Assembly: GCA_963665815.1 (NCBI GenBank)
Contig: OY762463.1
Coordinates: forward strand, 1,376,001-1,440,000
Origin: Candidatus Cloacimonadales bacterium
GTDB taxonomy: Bacteria > Cloacimonadota > Cloacimonadia > Cloacimonadales > JAIOQZ01
Length of the DNA: 64,000 nt
Direction: 5' to 3'
In this document: piece by piece, positions 28,423 to 39,136 of the stretch
Position numbering within the stretch: position 1 is the first letter of the stretch
How the letters are laid out: every line of letters begins with the position of its first letter
Made by a program: the position numbers and the translations under genes
The notes under the pieces: generated by a model
Seen by the model: only the letters and a program-made list of their open reading frames with translations
Told to the model about the DNA's origin: nothing
Database searches by the model: none

Positions 28423-29481
28423 TTCAGATTTTTCTCTCACTTTCTCAAGATATTCTCTTGTTTCCTTATATGGTATGTCTTTTCTCAGCATACTGTATAC
28501 ACCTTTTGCAGTCAGTTTATTGACTCTTTCATTGAAGACTCTGTTTGCTTTCTTAACTCCCGAAAACAGTTTGAGGACTGTACCCGGACCGGAGTTATAA
28601 CCACAGATCATACAGTAATATCTACTTTTAACATTGCTTACTTCTCTAAAGAACCGTTTTTCAATATAAGCCAGATAACCCGTCCCCATTTCAAGATTAA
28701 CATCAACTCTGAACAAACTTGCCTTATCTGGTTCAGAGTCTTTATTATACATGATTTTATTCATTGTTTTTCCTGCGTAACGAGGTACAATCTGCATAAG
28801 ACCAACAGCCCCGCTTTTCCTGTTATATGCCTTAGGATTAAAGTATGACTCCACGTGTATTATCCCCATGACAAGAGCAGGATTCAACTGATATTTCTTG
28901 CATAATTTTTCCACATGCGAAACATACTTTTCAGCCCGAATTCTCAAGTGATCACTTTTCAGTTTCAGTATAATCCTGTAGCTCGTACCCTTTCGATTAA
29001 CACTTTCTGTAATGTTCTGTTTGACAACGTCTTCAATCGCTTTTTGATCAGGAAACTGCTCCAATTTTCCTTTCAGCTGCCTCGTCAGAATCTTTTCTCC
29101 GGTCTCATCCTTTGACTCAATTATTTTTTTAAGGGACTCCCCAAGTTTTCTACCTGCAGCAACTTTTCCTGAAGTAGTAGCAGGATCCCCCACTGTCTCA
29201 ATGATTATTTCACCATTCTTGAAATCTACTATTGATCGTGTATGATTATCATTATAGTATTCCACCCATTGTGATTGTGTACTTTCTCTGAACTCATCCC
29301 AGAGTTTTTCAATCTCAGCTTTATAGTCATTAAACTCAGATTCAGCTTTTCTTTCATGCTCCTTGAATCTATCTTCAGCCATCTTCTTATAAGCAGAAAA
29401 GTTCTCCTCAGCAAAACACTGAAGAGAACTTATTATAATAAGGAATAATATTAATATTTTAGTGACCACAGCTACATTCAT
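28405..29481 (-). CDS. MltC-like lytic murein transglycosylase (DUF3393 + SLT)
   Basis: HVESYFNP, GLMQIVP, YNSG, PYKETREYL; N-terminal RSIVDF..G.I.IET. Confidence 0.88.
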   Translation of the reverse strand: MNVAVVTKILILFLIIISSLQCFAEENFSAYKKMAEDRFKEHERKAESEFNDYKAEIEKLWDEFRESTQSQWVEYYNDNHTRSIVDFKNGEIIIETVGDPATTSGKVAAGRKLGESLKKIIESKDETGEKILTRQLKGKLEQFPDQKAIEDVVKQNITESVNRKGTSYRIILKLKSDHLRIRAEKYVSHVEKLCKKYQLNPALVMGIIHVESYFNPKAYNRKSGAVGLMQIVPRYAGKTMNKIMYNKDSEPDKASLFRVDVNLEMGTGYLAYIEKRFFREVSNVKSRYYCMICGYNSGPGTVLKLFSGVKKANRVFNERVNKLTAKGVYSMLRKDIPYKETREYLEKVREKSELFGGF

Positions 29482-30769
29482 TTTCAGGAGGAAATTCTTC
29501 CAGGTTCTTAATCAGAGCTTTTACAGGTTCAAGCTTAAGAGCTGTTCCCGCCTGAATTGCAGAAAGTATTGTTCCTCCACCTGTGAAGAAATAAAAACTG
29601 CTGTCATTATCAGCTCTGAGATAATATTTTGGAACCAGATATTTAAATTCCTGAATAGTATCTCCACCACCAAACAACTTTATAGCTTCCTTGTTTCCGC
29701 AAATTCTCTCATACATTTCCTGTGTACCTTCATAAAATAAAGGTGTCAGACCCATAACTGCGTTTGTAAAAATAGTTTTTGCATTAGAAATAGCATCTGA
29801 AATTTTCTCATCATCAAATGATTTAGGATCGATATCCAGAACAAAATTATATTCTTTTTTATCATTAATATGATAAGTTCTACAAGTATCTTCAGATTTT
29901 TCATCAAGAGTATCTGATTCTACAATATACTGAGGTTCAAGCACGGCACCCGGATATTTCTCTGCCATATCAATAAAAGCTTTTGCAGATTTTATATCAT
30001 TTTCCGATATTCCTTTTATCTTTATGCCATATTTTGCACACAGATACGCATTGTAAATTACACCACCAAGAAGAAGGTGGTCTACTTTCTCAAGGAGGAC
30101 TTCCAAAGGACCGATTTTTGTATCGAATTTCGAACCGGCTACAATGGCAAGAAAAGGTTTATCCGCATTGAAAATCTTTTCCAGATTTTCGATTTCCTTT
30201 TGATACAATAGCCCGGCAAAAGACGGGATGAACTTTGCTGGCATAACGGTTGAGACATGAGGTTGCCAGGAACCGAAAGCATCATTCACAAAAATATCTG
30301 CCAGACCGGCAAATTCCCTGCCAAGTTGCTCTGCACGTTCCCCCTTCTCTTCTTCCGCTGTAAACCAACGGCAGTTAGGAAGATAAATACCGTCATACTT
30401 ACCCTGAGCGAGCTCAAGCAAATGAAGATTTATTGACGTATCAATGCAGGAAATTCCTTTAGATGTTACATGCTTAAGTTCCGGAACATAAAAATTCAAA
30501 TTGAACTTCTTTTTCAGATAGTTAACAATAGGCTGTACAGATGTTTTTTCATCAATAGTAATATCACCTGTATTCTTATCTTTTGGTCTGCCAACGTGAG
30601 ACATAAGAACCGGAATTCCCCCATTCTTCAAGATATGGATTATTGTAGCCACTGAAGCATCTATCCTCAGTGCATCTTTAATCTTGCCTTTTTTGACAAC
30701 ATTGTGATCGACTCTGACAAGGACAACTCGTGAAGCAAGATAAGTGTCCTGTATCAACGGTACTTTCAT
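29459..30769 (-). CDS. pgk: Phosphoglycerate kinase
   Basis: LVRVDHNV, MSHVGRP, FVNDAFG, GGGDT, TGGG. Confidence 0.93.
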   Translation of the reverse strand: MKVPLIQDTYLASRVVLVRVDHNVVKKGKIKDALRIDASVATIIHILKNGGIPVLMSHVGRPKDKNTGDITIDEKTSVQPIVNYLKKKFNLNFYVPELKHVTSKGISCIDTSINLHLLELAQGKYDGIYLPNCRWFTAEEEKGERAEQLGREFAGLADIFVNDAFGSWQPHVSTVMPAKFIPSFAGLLYQKEIENLEKIFNADKPFLAIVAGSKFDTKIGPLEVLLEKVDHLLLGGVIYNAYLCAKYGIKIKGISENDIKSAKAFIDMAEKYPGAVLEPQYIVESDTLDEKSEDTCRTYHINDKKEYNFVLDIDPKSFDDEKISDAISNAKTIFTNAVMGLTPLFYEGTQEMYERICGNKEAIKLFGGGDTIQEFKYLVPKYYLRADNDSSFYFFTGGGTILSAIQAGTALKLEPVKALIKNLEEFPPENECSCGH

Positions 30770-30995
30770 TTTTCCTCCAGAAAGAAATTATTCATTTTTC
30801 ATGTTGAATAACATTAAAATTCTTTAAACATCTGTATTAATATTGTCAAGTTTTATAAGGATATTTCATAAATAAAATATCTTAACCTACGGAAAAGTTA
30901 ATAACATAACTAAATCGTTGTTTTTTACACGATTACAGTTGACTAAAAAACATCACTTAAAAATATTCTGTTCCGAAACCTGTAAGGAGAAACAA

Positions 30996-31967
30996 ATGAG
31001 TTATAAGAAACCTGAAATTATGCTTATGCCTGCATTGAGAATTCTCGGTATTACCGGACTACAGGAAGGTAAAGAAGACGCAATGCCTTTTTTGATGAAT
31101 GAATTGAGAGATATGAAATATCTGGAAAGACTCAATAAGCATACCGAATCAGAAACCTTTTACTATGCTACCTATAACTACAGTTTTGAGAATTCCGGGT
31201 ACTCCACCGAATGCGTTCTTGGGAAAAGAATCTCAAAAGATATACATGTCCCCGAAGGATTAACCATAGTTGATTTCCCGGAACGTCTTGTTGCAAGATT
31301 CCACCATGATGGCAGAATTGAAGGTAAAGAAGATATTTATGACTATATATTCTCTGAATGGATTCCCGATAGTGGGTTTGAGTTTGCCGATATCTTTGAG
31401 ATCGAAGAATTCCGAGTTAATGATGAAACAGGAGAATCAGAAAAAGGCATGTGTATTTGCCTGAGTATTAATCCTGTTGGTGAGCATGTAGATTATCCTG
31501 ATCCTGAAATAGTCTGGCTTGATAAAATGTATGTAGCCGGATTCACAGTTAAGGAACTGCCTTATGAAAATGCATCACTTAAGATGTGGAACAAACTCTA
31601 TAAAACCAATCTAAACCTCAGCAGCAAAGAAGACTTCATTTTAGGCATAAACCATAACATGGAAAAAGACAGTCCCGAAAATATCAGAGATTACCTGATA
31701 GGAAAAATTGTTGATAAAAATCAAAAGCTCCCGGAAGGTATGAGCCTCATAAAAATTCCCAAACAACAATATGCCCGATTTATACTGAAAGGTCACCTTT
31801 CCAAGATTACTGATCTTTATGAATATGCAGTTCTGCAATGGATTGACAACTCTAAATACAAGTACAGCGGTACATTTGAGATTGAGAAATATCCTGCAGA
31901 TTATGACGTAAAATCTGATGAAGCAGAAATGGAGCTCTACATCCCTGTAATGCCAGCAAGATTTTAA
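30996..31967 (+). CDS. Tandem GyrI-like small-molecule-binding domain protein
   Basis: Two copies of ARF..G...Y.Y....W...S.y....EIE.Y/F; start MSYKK behind AAGGAG. Confidence 0.85.
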   Translation: MSYKKPEIMLMPALRILGITGLQEGKEDAMPFLMNELRDMKYLERLNKHTESETFYYATYNYSFENSGYSTECVLGKRISKDIHVPEGLTIVDFPERLVARFHHDGRIEGKEDIYDYIFSEWIPDSGFEFADIFEIEEFRVNDETGESEKGMCICLSINPVGEHVDYPDPEIVWLDKMYVAGFTVKELPYENASLKMWNKLYKTNLNLSSKEDFILGINHNMEKDSPENIRDYLIGKIVDKNQKLPEGMSLIKIPKQQYARFILKGHLSKITDLYEYAVLQWIDNSKYKYSGTFEIEKYPADYDVKSDEAEMELYIPVMPARF

Positions 31968-31984
31968 TCAAGTGTTAAACTTGT

Positions 31985-32986
31985 TCAGTTATGAGTATTT
32001 TTTTTGTACTCCTCAATCCTTACTTTAACATTGTGCTGTAGATTCCTGTAGAAAAACATATAGTCATATATATGGAATTCACCATCCTTAAAAATGCCGA
32101 GTTTTGCGGGATACTCTTTTGGATCAACATCAGGCACTTTCAGCGTACCTCTTTCAGAGTCTATGTATGTACCGGTAAAATGAGGAATTTCTCTCAATAT
32201 CTCACCTGAATAATCAGTGAAACACGCTCCAAGGTTTTTATCTGCATCCACCATATCTGAACTTGTGGACCAGTTCAGAGGATTAATTGAATAGGTAAAC
32301 TCAGGGACAATCAGAGACTTCTTTATATTTACAGACTCTGTACTATAACAAATTATACAACCTGTGTCTTTTTCTGATTTTGCAGGTTTTAATAACGGAT
32401 TGACTTCAATATCTTCCGGTGTCAGTCTCCAACCAATACAATAGGCTGCGATAAGTCGCTTGTTTAACCCCCTGTCAGTGAACTTCTCTTTCAACAGACG
32501 AATTATCATTTCACTTCCCTGACTAAATCCTGCCAGAATAAACGGATCATCGCTTGTTGATAAATAATATCCAAATGCATCCTCTACATCTTCATATGCT
32601 TTCATGAAGGCATCATTTACTTTAACATCCTGTGAAATATCATTATATCCTCTGGCTACAAAACAACTGAGACCAACCTGCCTGTAGAATGGTGCATAGA
32701 AATCCGAATTACCATCATCATAAATACCTTTCTCCATGTTTATTGCCCCTCTAAACCTTTTTCTCAGTTCCTCGTTATTCAGAGGCATATTATATAAAGA
32801 ATCATTCCCAAAAAATACTGTAGGAGCAACAAAAAAAATATCAAAACGGTCAGTTGGCTTACCCGGAAAGAATGCCCAGTTATTTTTTTGTGAATAGTCT
32901 GTCTCAGCAAAAAGTCCATTAAAGATACCAATAAATGTAACAAATAATGTTAATAACCTGATTGTGGAAAATTTCTTAATTATCAT
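31985..32986 (-). CDS. DUF3089-like secreted alpha/beta hydrolase
   Basis: DIFFVAPT, YAPFYRQ, nucleophile elbow GFSQG, INPLNW, HIYDY.FFY.NL. Confidence 0.85.
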   Translation of the reverse strand: MIIKKFSTIRLLTLFVTFIGIFNGLFAETDYSQKNNWAFFPGKPTDRFDIFFVAPTVFFGNDSLYNMPLNNEELRKRFRGAINMEKGIYDDGNSDFYAPFYRQVGLSCFVARGYNDISQDVKVNDAFMKAYEDVEDAFGYYLSTSDDPFILAGFSQGSEMIIRLLKEKFTDRGLNKRLIAAYCIGWRLTPEDIEVNPLLKPAKSEKDTGCIICYSTESVNIKKSLIVPEFTYSINPLNWSTSSDMVDADKNLGACFTDYSGEILREIPHFTGTYIDSERGTLKVPDVDPKEYPAKLGIFKDGEFHIYDYMFFYRNLQHNVKVRIEEYKKNTHN

Positions 32987-33031
32987 TTTTGCCGTTCCCT
33001 TAATGTATTTTAGTATATTGTGACAATAATT

Positions 33032-33892
33032 TTACATGTCAGTTGCTGTTAAAGCAAGTTCTTTCTGTAGAGCTTCTTGAAATATCTGAGTAATATCACT
33101 CATGAATGCAAATTCATAACGGATATCAAGCACATAAGCCTTTATACGCAGTTTTATCTTAGGTTTACCCATGTGTATTTCCTGTTTGAATACGATTGAA
33201 ACAGGCTTCTTAAGATAAGCATAGCGTGATACAACTGCTGACTGATAAGCAATCTTTTTGATACGCTGAAAATCAATATCTGTGTCAAGATAGAATTCTG
33301 CAACAACCTGACAGTTTGTTTCCCCCGAATTACTATTGGAAACAGACTGATTGACTATTTCACTATTGGGAATAGACACAACAGAATCATCCGGGGTTAC
33401 AATTCTGACACTACGCAATCCGATTGTCAGCACTTCCCCATAGAACGAACCTACTTGAATCTTGTCTCCCACCTGGAAAGGTCTGTCAAAGAGAATCATC
33501 ACTCCACCGAATATATTCTTCAGGATATCCTGAGATGCAAAACCGATAGCAATACCTGCGGAGGCAGTCACAGCAACAATTGTCTGGAAAGGCGGTCTGA
33601 GAACACCAACTATAATAATGTATACACTAATTGTCCATCCGATAATTCTTACAATGGGAATAATCCTCTTTATACCGAGACGAAACCTTGTCCAGCGTTC
33701 AGCTATCTTTTCAAATGCACGAGTAAGATATTTCAGCACGAGAGTTGCAATGATAAATATCATTACCGAAACCAGTATCTTCATAATGGAGATATTCCAG
33801 TTGTTTTCTGTATTCACTACTTCCGAAATTGGATTATCTACAGCAGATAGTGTTGATGCAAAACCGAGTATAACAAAAATCAATGATCTCAT
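33032..33892 (-). CDS. Small-conductance mechanosensitive channel (MscS family)
   Basis: IGFASQDILKNIFGG, RPFQVGDKI, G.V..IGLRS, IPNS. Confidence 0.92.
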   Translation of the reverse strand: MRSLIFVILGFASTLSAVDNPISEVVNTENNWNISIMKILVSVMIFIIATLVLKYLTRAFEKIAERWTRFRLGIKRIIPIVRIIGWTISVYIIIVGVLRPPFQTIVAVTASAGIAIGFASQDILKNIFGGVMILFDRPFQVGDKIQVGSFYGEVLTIGLRSVRIVTPDDSVVSIPNSEIVNQSVSNSNSGETNCQVVAEFYLDTDIDFQRIKKIAYQSAVVSRYAYLKKPVSIVFKQEIHMGKPKIKLRIKAYVLDIRYEFAFMSDITQIFQEALQKELALTATDM

Positions 33893-33900
33893 AATATCTC

Positions 33901-36783
33901 CTAATACAATAGATTCTGCTTATTGAGTGACGAAATTATAGGTCTGTACAAGAATGGATGAATCTGAAATCCTGAGTTGTTTTCTATAATAACACCCTTC
34001 TGTAACAGACTCTTAAGTAGTATTTCTGCAATCTGTTCTTTCATCGTAAGTATATCAGCTAAATCATGAGCATTAAGGTTTTCGTGCTGGAGCAATGCTG
34101 TCAGAGCAAACAGCTCAACAGCCTCCAGATCATGCAGAAAAGACTCCTCAAACCCAATGAGAGGCTTGATAATAACCTTCTCTTTCGTTACTTCTGATAT
34201 TGAGCGCATCCATAACAACAGAGAAACCATAATGTTTCCTCCGCTGATTGTACAGATGTTATCAAAATACAATTTCTGGAGAAAATCCTGTTTTGCCTGC
34301 TCATCGGATAATTTTTTCAACTTCTTATCTACTTGAAGAATCTCTGGTTTACTATAATATAACATATAACCACTTGCACGGTGACGCTTCATTATTATCT
34401 CGAAGATCTCTGTTGGATTCATTCCCGGAAGCTTAACAATAAACCTGAAATGCTTTTCAATATGTATAGCCCGTTGTAAATACAGCCATCCAAAATGATT
34501 TGCAGTCACAATCCAGAAGTAATCCTTCTGGGATAAGTGCATAAGATGAATGAACTTCTCAAGCAAATCAAAACCATCTACTTTCCTGACAAACAACTGG
34601 TGAATGTTCTCACATACAATGATTTTCTTCTGATTGAAATCCAGTTTTTCAATCAAAACATCCAGACTGTCAGTAACCTCAGCCAGAAGTTTTTCAGACA
34701 ATATTTTGGACAGAACTTCTTCGGACTGAATTGTGTCATCAAAGTTTATTACAATAACTTCATGAACACTGTCAATATTATGGAGTGCATTCCGTAACAG
34801 TGAAGTTTTACCTGCCCCCTTCTCACCTATTATCGCTGTCAGACTTGGTTGTGAATTTGCCCAATTGTTATAACTCCTGATCAGATTCTGCAATTCAGAT
34901 TCTCTCGACGAAAAGAATCTTTCATTTTCGAGTGGTTCAACCTTGAACAATCTCTGATAAACAAAAGGCAGGGCATCAATTCTGTTCTTTGTCTCGATCA
35001 GGTATTTTCTTATTCTATCCTGTTTATCTTCATCTGCAGAGGTCAATCCGGCAATACGTCTTAATTCGTTATACTGGTCCTGAATTTTCTCAGATGACTT
35101 GTTAACTAGCTGAGAAAAGAAAGGTAATTGCCTCAAGAAAAACTTTCCGACATTTATTGTACTTCTAATAATCTTTTTCTGTGTCTTTTTTGCTGAAATT
35201 TTCCTGTGTATTTTCCTCAGTTCCGTAAGATCAGTAAGCTTCTCTATGCCTGAAACAGTATTTGTAACCAGGCTGTTGCAATTCTCCATTACATTCTTAA
35301 CAAGGTTATTAGCGTCATTCTGTATTTGCTCTGACTGATTTTTTGCTCTGAGAAATCCTTCTTTAAGAACAGAGACTGCGAATTCCAGGTCATTCTCCTT
35401 GAGGAACTTCTCTTCAGCAGCTTCAGAATTGTAGTTTATCACCTCATCAATTTCTACGAGTGAACGCAGCATTCTTTCTTTGAGATTAATATTGTCATTA
35501 AGACTCTGATTGAAAGTATTCTTAATCTTATCGAAAATCAAAAGAGATACAAGATCTTTCATGAAGAAGGTAAATTTATTTTTTTTCTTTTTTCTTAAAA
35601 CAGGAAATTCCTGAAAAATCTCAATAGATTCAGGAAAGGTATTTATTTCTGACTCTATTTCATCAACAACATTCTTCCATAATTTATTCAAGTCTATTCT
35701 GTTGATTGCATCGAGAATCTTTGGCTGAATAGTTTCTCTCAATTCCCTGATAAGCGGGAAGACCTGTTCTTTCAGGAAGTTGTGAAACTCAGATTCTGTA
35801 ATATCATTCAGTTTTGTTTCTGCTGATTCAATTTTATCAAGCATTATCTGCATTTTCGGTAGAATATCTTTCTCTAATCGAGCATTCAGCTCAACACTTT
35901 TCCTCTCAAGCACGCTCCGATTCAGGAGATTGTTCCTGCAGCCCAGTACGCTTTTCTCAAACAGATTCAGACAAAGCATCGTATGCTCTGTCATCTCTCG
36001 GCTTTCGGATTTAAACTTCTTTTCCAGTTGTTTATAATGCTTTTTCAGCTTAAATGCCGAATAACTCCTGTAAGAATTAAAAACTGTATCCGCCCACTTA
36101 TAATTCTCTGATAAGAAACCTGCTTTCAAAGAAATATACTCGCTCCATCGCGTTGGTGCCTGAGAAATCCATAACTTAAACTCATCAAACTTCTGCCTAA
36201 GCTCAGATGATTCCTTACTGCTCTCATCAGACAGTTCTAAAAAATCTATAAGAACAGCCTCAATCAATAAGTCTTCTCTCTTCAGGAGCTCTTTGTATTC
36301 AAAGAAAATAAACTCCATTGATATCGGTACAAGAAATTTATCTAAAAACTTATGGATATTAGTAACTCGCAGAGTTGGAGAAAACTCGTTTTCTGATTTT
36401 GAAGATTTCTTTTTCAGGTTAAAGAAAAATCTATTCATTCCCTGTTTGCTCTTATGTTGCAGATTCCATAATTTGCGAAAAAAACTATTATCAATTTCAG
36501 TAGGATATTCTCTGACGTGTTTTTCATCCAACCCTGATTTCCATGAATCAACCTGTTTAATGTAATCAGACACTAATTCTATTGAATCAGCGACACTATC
36601 CTTGTTTTTCAGTTTTTTAAGTAACTTCAGCAATTTGTTATAGACTACAACAGAATTCTGTTCGTCTGTCTGCTCCACAAGACTGATCACTTCCTCAACA
36701 GTATCAATTTCTGAAAATGATACACCTGTATTAATTTTTTTACAGTAATCTTCAATAATCTTTCCGATAAACTCGTTATCCAT
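33901..36783 (-). CDS. Large helical protein with C-terminal P-loop (AAA/STAND-like) ATPase and probable winged helix
   Basis: FFSSRESEL, Walker A GEKGAGKTS, degenerate Walker B IVCENIH, SGGN motif. Confidence 0.75.
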   Translation of the reverse strand: MDNEFIGKIIEDYCKKINTGVSFSEIDTVEEVISLVEQTDEQNSVVVYNKLLKLLKKLKNKDSVADSIELVSDYIKQVDSWKSGLDEKHVREYPTEIDNSFFRKLWNLQHKSKQGMNRFFFNLKKKSSKSENEFSPTLRVTNIHKFLDKFLVPISMEFIFFEYKELLKREDLLIEAVLIDFLELSDESSKESSELRQKFDEFKLWISQAPTRWSEYISLKAGFLSENYKWADTVFNSYRSYSAFKLKKHYKQLEKKFKSESREMTEHTMLCLNLFEKSVLGCRNNLLNRSVLERKSVELNARLEKDILPKMQIMLDKIESAETKLNDITESEFHNFLKEQVFPLIRELRETIQPKILDAINRIDLNKLWKNVVDEIESEINTFPESIEIFQEFPVLRKKKKNKFTFFMKDLVSLLIFDKIKNTFNQSLNDNINLKERMLRSLVEIDEVINYNSEAAEEKFLKENDLEFAVSVLKEGFLRAKNQSEQIQNDANNLVKNVMENCNSLVTNTVSGIEKLTDLTELRKIHRKISAKKTQKKIIRSTINVGKFFLRQLPFFSQLVNKSSEKIQDQYNELRRIAGLTSADEDKQDRIRKYLIETKNRIDALPFVYQRLFKVEPLENERFFSSRESELQNLIRSYNNWANSQPSLTAIIGEKGAGKTSLLRNALHNIDSVHEVIVINFDDTIQSEEVLSKILSEKLLAEVTDSLDVLIEKLDFNQKKIIVCENIHQLFVRKVDGFDLLEKFIHLMHLSQKDYFWIVTANHFGWLYLQRAIHIEKHFRFIVKLPGMNPTEIFEIIMKRHRASGYMLYYSKPEILQVDKKLKKLSDEQAKQDFLQKLYFDNICTISGGNIMVSLLLWMRSISEVTKEKVIIKPLIGFEESFLHDLEAVELFALTALLQHENLNAHDLADILTMKEQIAEILLKSLLQKGVIIENNSGFQIHPFLYRPIISSLNKQNLLY

Positions 36784-36902
36784 TTATCCTCCAGTCCGAA
36801 TAGAATAAATAAAATGGGATTAAAAGCAAAATTAATAATAGCAAATAGTGAGTTGTTTTCAGTATATTGTCAATAAAATTGCATAGATTAAACCTGGTTT
36901 CC

Positions 36903-36920
36903 ATGTAACACAAGTTACAT
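36903..36920. promoter_or_regulatory. Perfect palindrome, candidate operator in divergent promoter region
   Basis: ATGTAAC-ACAA-GTTACAT. Confidence 0.4.
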
Positions 36921-37030
36921 CACTAAAAAAAACTTATTGCCATTCTTGACTCAAAAGCAAAGCTTTGTTTTATTGATTAAATATAGTATTATGGGTAGTT
37001 ATATTTAAAACTACTTAATCAGGAGATAAA

Positions 37031-37234
37031 ATGAATTGTGAAAACTCAGCTCGTAATAAGCAGAACTGCAATTGCTCTTACCCTTGCAGTAAGAAAGGTG
37101 TCTGCTGTGAATGCATCAGCTATCACCGTTCAATGAAACAGCTTCCGGCATGCTATTTCCCGGATGATGCTGAAAAAACTTATGACAGAAGTATAAAACA
37201 TTTTGTTGAATTATATAAACAGGGAAGGATTTAG
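37031..37234 (+). CDS. Small Cys-rich protein (DUF6485-like)
   Basis: [28 protein letters not shown]...LPACYF...TYDRS. Confidence 0.8.
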   Translation: MNCENSARNKQNCNCSYPCSKKGVCCECISYHRSMKQLPACYFPDDAEKTYDRSIKHFVELYKQGRI

Positions 37235-37245
37235 GATACCCCAAA

Positions 37246-38454
37246 ATGGAAAAACATTTTTGCACAGTAGAACAGGCAATAGAAGATATTAAAAACGGTA
37301 AATTCGTAATAGTTGTTGATGATGAAAACAGAGAAAATGAAGGTGATTTAATCTGTTCAGGAGAACTTATAACTCCTCAGATGGTTAACTTCATGATTTC
37401 TAAAGCAAGAGGTCTGGTTTGCGTACCGGTCAGCAAAGAAATTGCTGAAAGGCTCAACATTCCGCTCATGACAGATGAAATAACTGAAAAACATGGCACT
37501 AAGTTCACTATATCAATTGATGCGAAAAAGAATACTACAACAGGTATTTCCGCTTCAGACAGATATGAGACTATCAAACAAATGACTGATGAATCTACCG
37601 AGGAAAATGATTTTGTAAGACCGGGCCATATTTTCCCACTTATTGCAGAACCGGGTGGAGTTCTTAAAAGAACCGGTCATACGGAAGCAGCTGTAGACCT
37701 TATGCAGTTTGCCGGACTTAAAAAAGTTGGAGTTATCTGCGAAATTATAAAAGATGATGGTGAAATGGCAAGAATGCCTGATTTAGTCAAATATTCTGTT
37801 GAACATGGAATAAACATTCTGACAATCCAGGAGCTGATTCAATACCGTCGTAAAACAGAAAAGCTCATCAAGAAAAGCTCTGAAGCCGAACTTCCGACAA
37901 AATTCGGAACATTCCGTATTGCTACTTATGAAAGTCTTGTCTCGAACGAATACCACATCGCACTTGTAAAAGGTGATGTACAGGGAAAAGAAAACATTCT
38001 TGTGAGAGTGCACTCGGAATGTCTGACAGGTGATGCACTTTTTTCGAATAGATGTGACTGTGGAGAGCAATTAGAATGGGCTTTCAAACGAATTGAAAAA
38101 GAAGGTAAAGGCGTTATATTATACATGAAACAGGAAGGAAGGGGAATCGGACTTCTTGCTAAAATACAGGCATATCATCTTCAGGATCACGGAAGAGATA
38201 CTGTCGAAGCTAATCTGGAACTTGGATACGAATCTGACATGAGAGATTATGGAATTGGAGCACAGATCCTTAAGGATCTCGGGCTTCATAAAATTCGTCT
38301 CATAACAAATAATCCAAAGAAACTCGTTGGACTAAGCGGATATGATCTTGAAATATCCGAAAGAGTCCCAGTAGAAATAGAGCCTAACAAAGATAACAAA
38401 AAGTATCTGACAACAAAGAAAGAAAAAATGGGTCATATGCTTAAACATCTCTGA
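37246..38454 (+). CDS. ribBA: Bifunctional DHBP synthase / GTP cyclohydrolase II
   Basis: DDENRENEGD, RPGHIFPL, GHTEA, RVHSECLTGD, RCDCG, QEGRGIGL, TNNP. Confidence 0.97.
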   Translation: MEKHFCTVEQAIEDIKNGKFVIVVDDENRENEGDLICSGELITPQMVNFMISKARGLVCVPVSKEIAERLNIPLMTDEITEKHGTKFTISIDAKKNTTTGISASDRYETIKQMTDESTEENDFVRPGHIFPLIAEPGGVLKRTGHTEAAVDLMQFAGLKKVGVICEIIKDDGEMARMPDLVKYSVEHGINILTIQELIQYRRKTEKLIKKSSEAELPTKFGTFRIATYESLVSNEYHIALVKGDVQGKENILVRVHSECLTGDALFSNRCDCGEQLEWAFKRIEKEGKGVILYMKQEGRGIGLLAKIQAYHLQDHGRDTVEANLELGYESDMRDYGIGAQILKDLGLHKIRLITNNPKKLVGLSGYDLEISERVPVEIEPNKDNKKYLTTKKEKMGHMLKHL

Positions 38455-38466
38455 TATGGAGGATAA

Positions 38467-39048
38467 ATGGTTTTTCTCAAAGCATTATGTCTTTTAATTC
38501 TGAACACCGGTCTCGGCTGGCTGTTTGTATTTGCAATTAAAACATTCTTTTTCTATCCGCGAAAACCGTTATATCTTGGTAAGAAAAGAATACCCTTTAC
38601 TCCCGGATTTCTCCATAGAAAACATGAGCTTTACATGAGTAAATTGCATAAGTGGATTGAGGAGTTCTGGTCTGCTATTAACGATGAAAACAATGCAGAT
38701 ACATACATTTACAAATGGGAACAGAAAGCATATGATATTGTCTGGGAAAAACTGAATGCCCTTAACAGGATAAAGTATCTGCCCGGTGTAATTGTCTTCA
38801 ATATCAGAAAATTCGTTGCACTGCTAATTTTCGAAATAGTGAAACAGTTTTTCAGGAACTTCGTTCCATATCTGGCAGAGAAGTACGAAATACAGCTGAA
38901 AATAGATGAAATCTGTGCAAAAATTGATGTTGATACTGCACTTTATTTCTTTAACAAATATGTATACAGGTATTTATGGTTCTTCTTCGTCGGTTTTGCT
39001 ACTCTGGTAGGATTTTATAACTTTGTTCTCTTTTTAATCCTGCATTAA
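38467..39048 (+). CDS. Hypothetical membrane protein (DUF445-like N-terminus)
   Basis: GW...AIK.FFYP....GKKRIPFTPG and terminal TMs. Confidence 0.6.
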   Translation: MVFLKALCLLILNTGLGWLFVFAIKTFFFYPRKPLYLGKKRIPFTPGFLHRKHELYMSKLHKWIEEFWSAINDENNADTYIYKWEQKAYDIVWEKLNALNRIKYLPGVIVFNIRKFVALLIFEIVKQFFRNFVPYLAEKYEIQLKIDEICAKIDVDTALYFFNKYVYRYLWFFFVGFATLVGFYNFVLFLILH

Positions 39049-39136
39049 ACGCAGATTTTCCGGTCTTGAACAGTATTATACTCTGAGACCGTGATATATT
39101 TTTTATGGTTGAAATTTAATTAAAGAGGTTTTTATA

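Noticed and set aside
39061-39091. CGGTCTTGA...TCTGAGACCG hairpin as terminator or operator before tolC
   Set aside because: Short stem, long loop and no adjacent U-tract; insufficient support.
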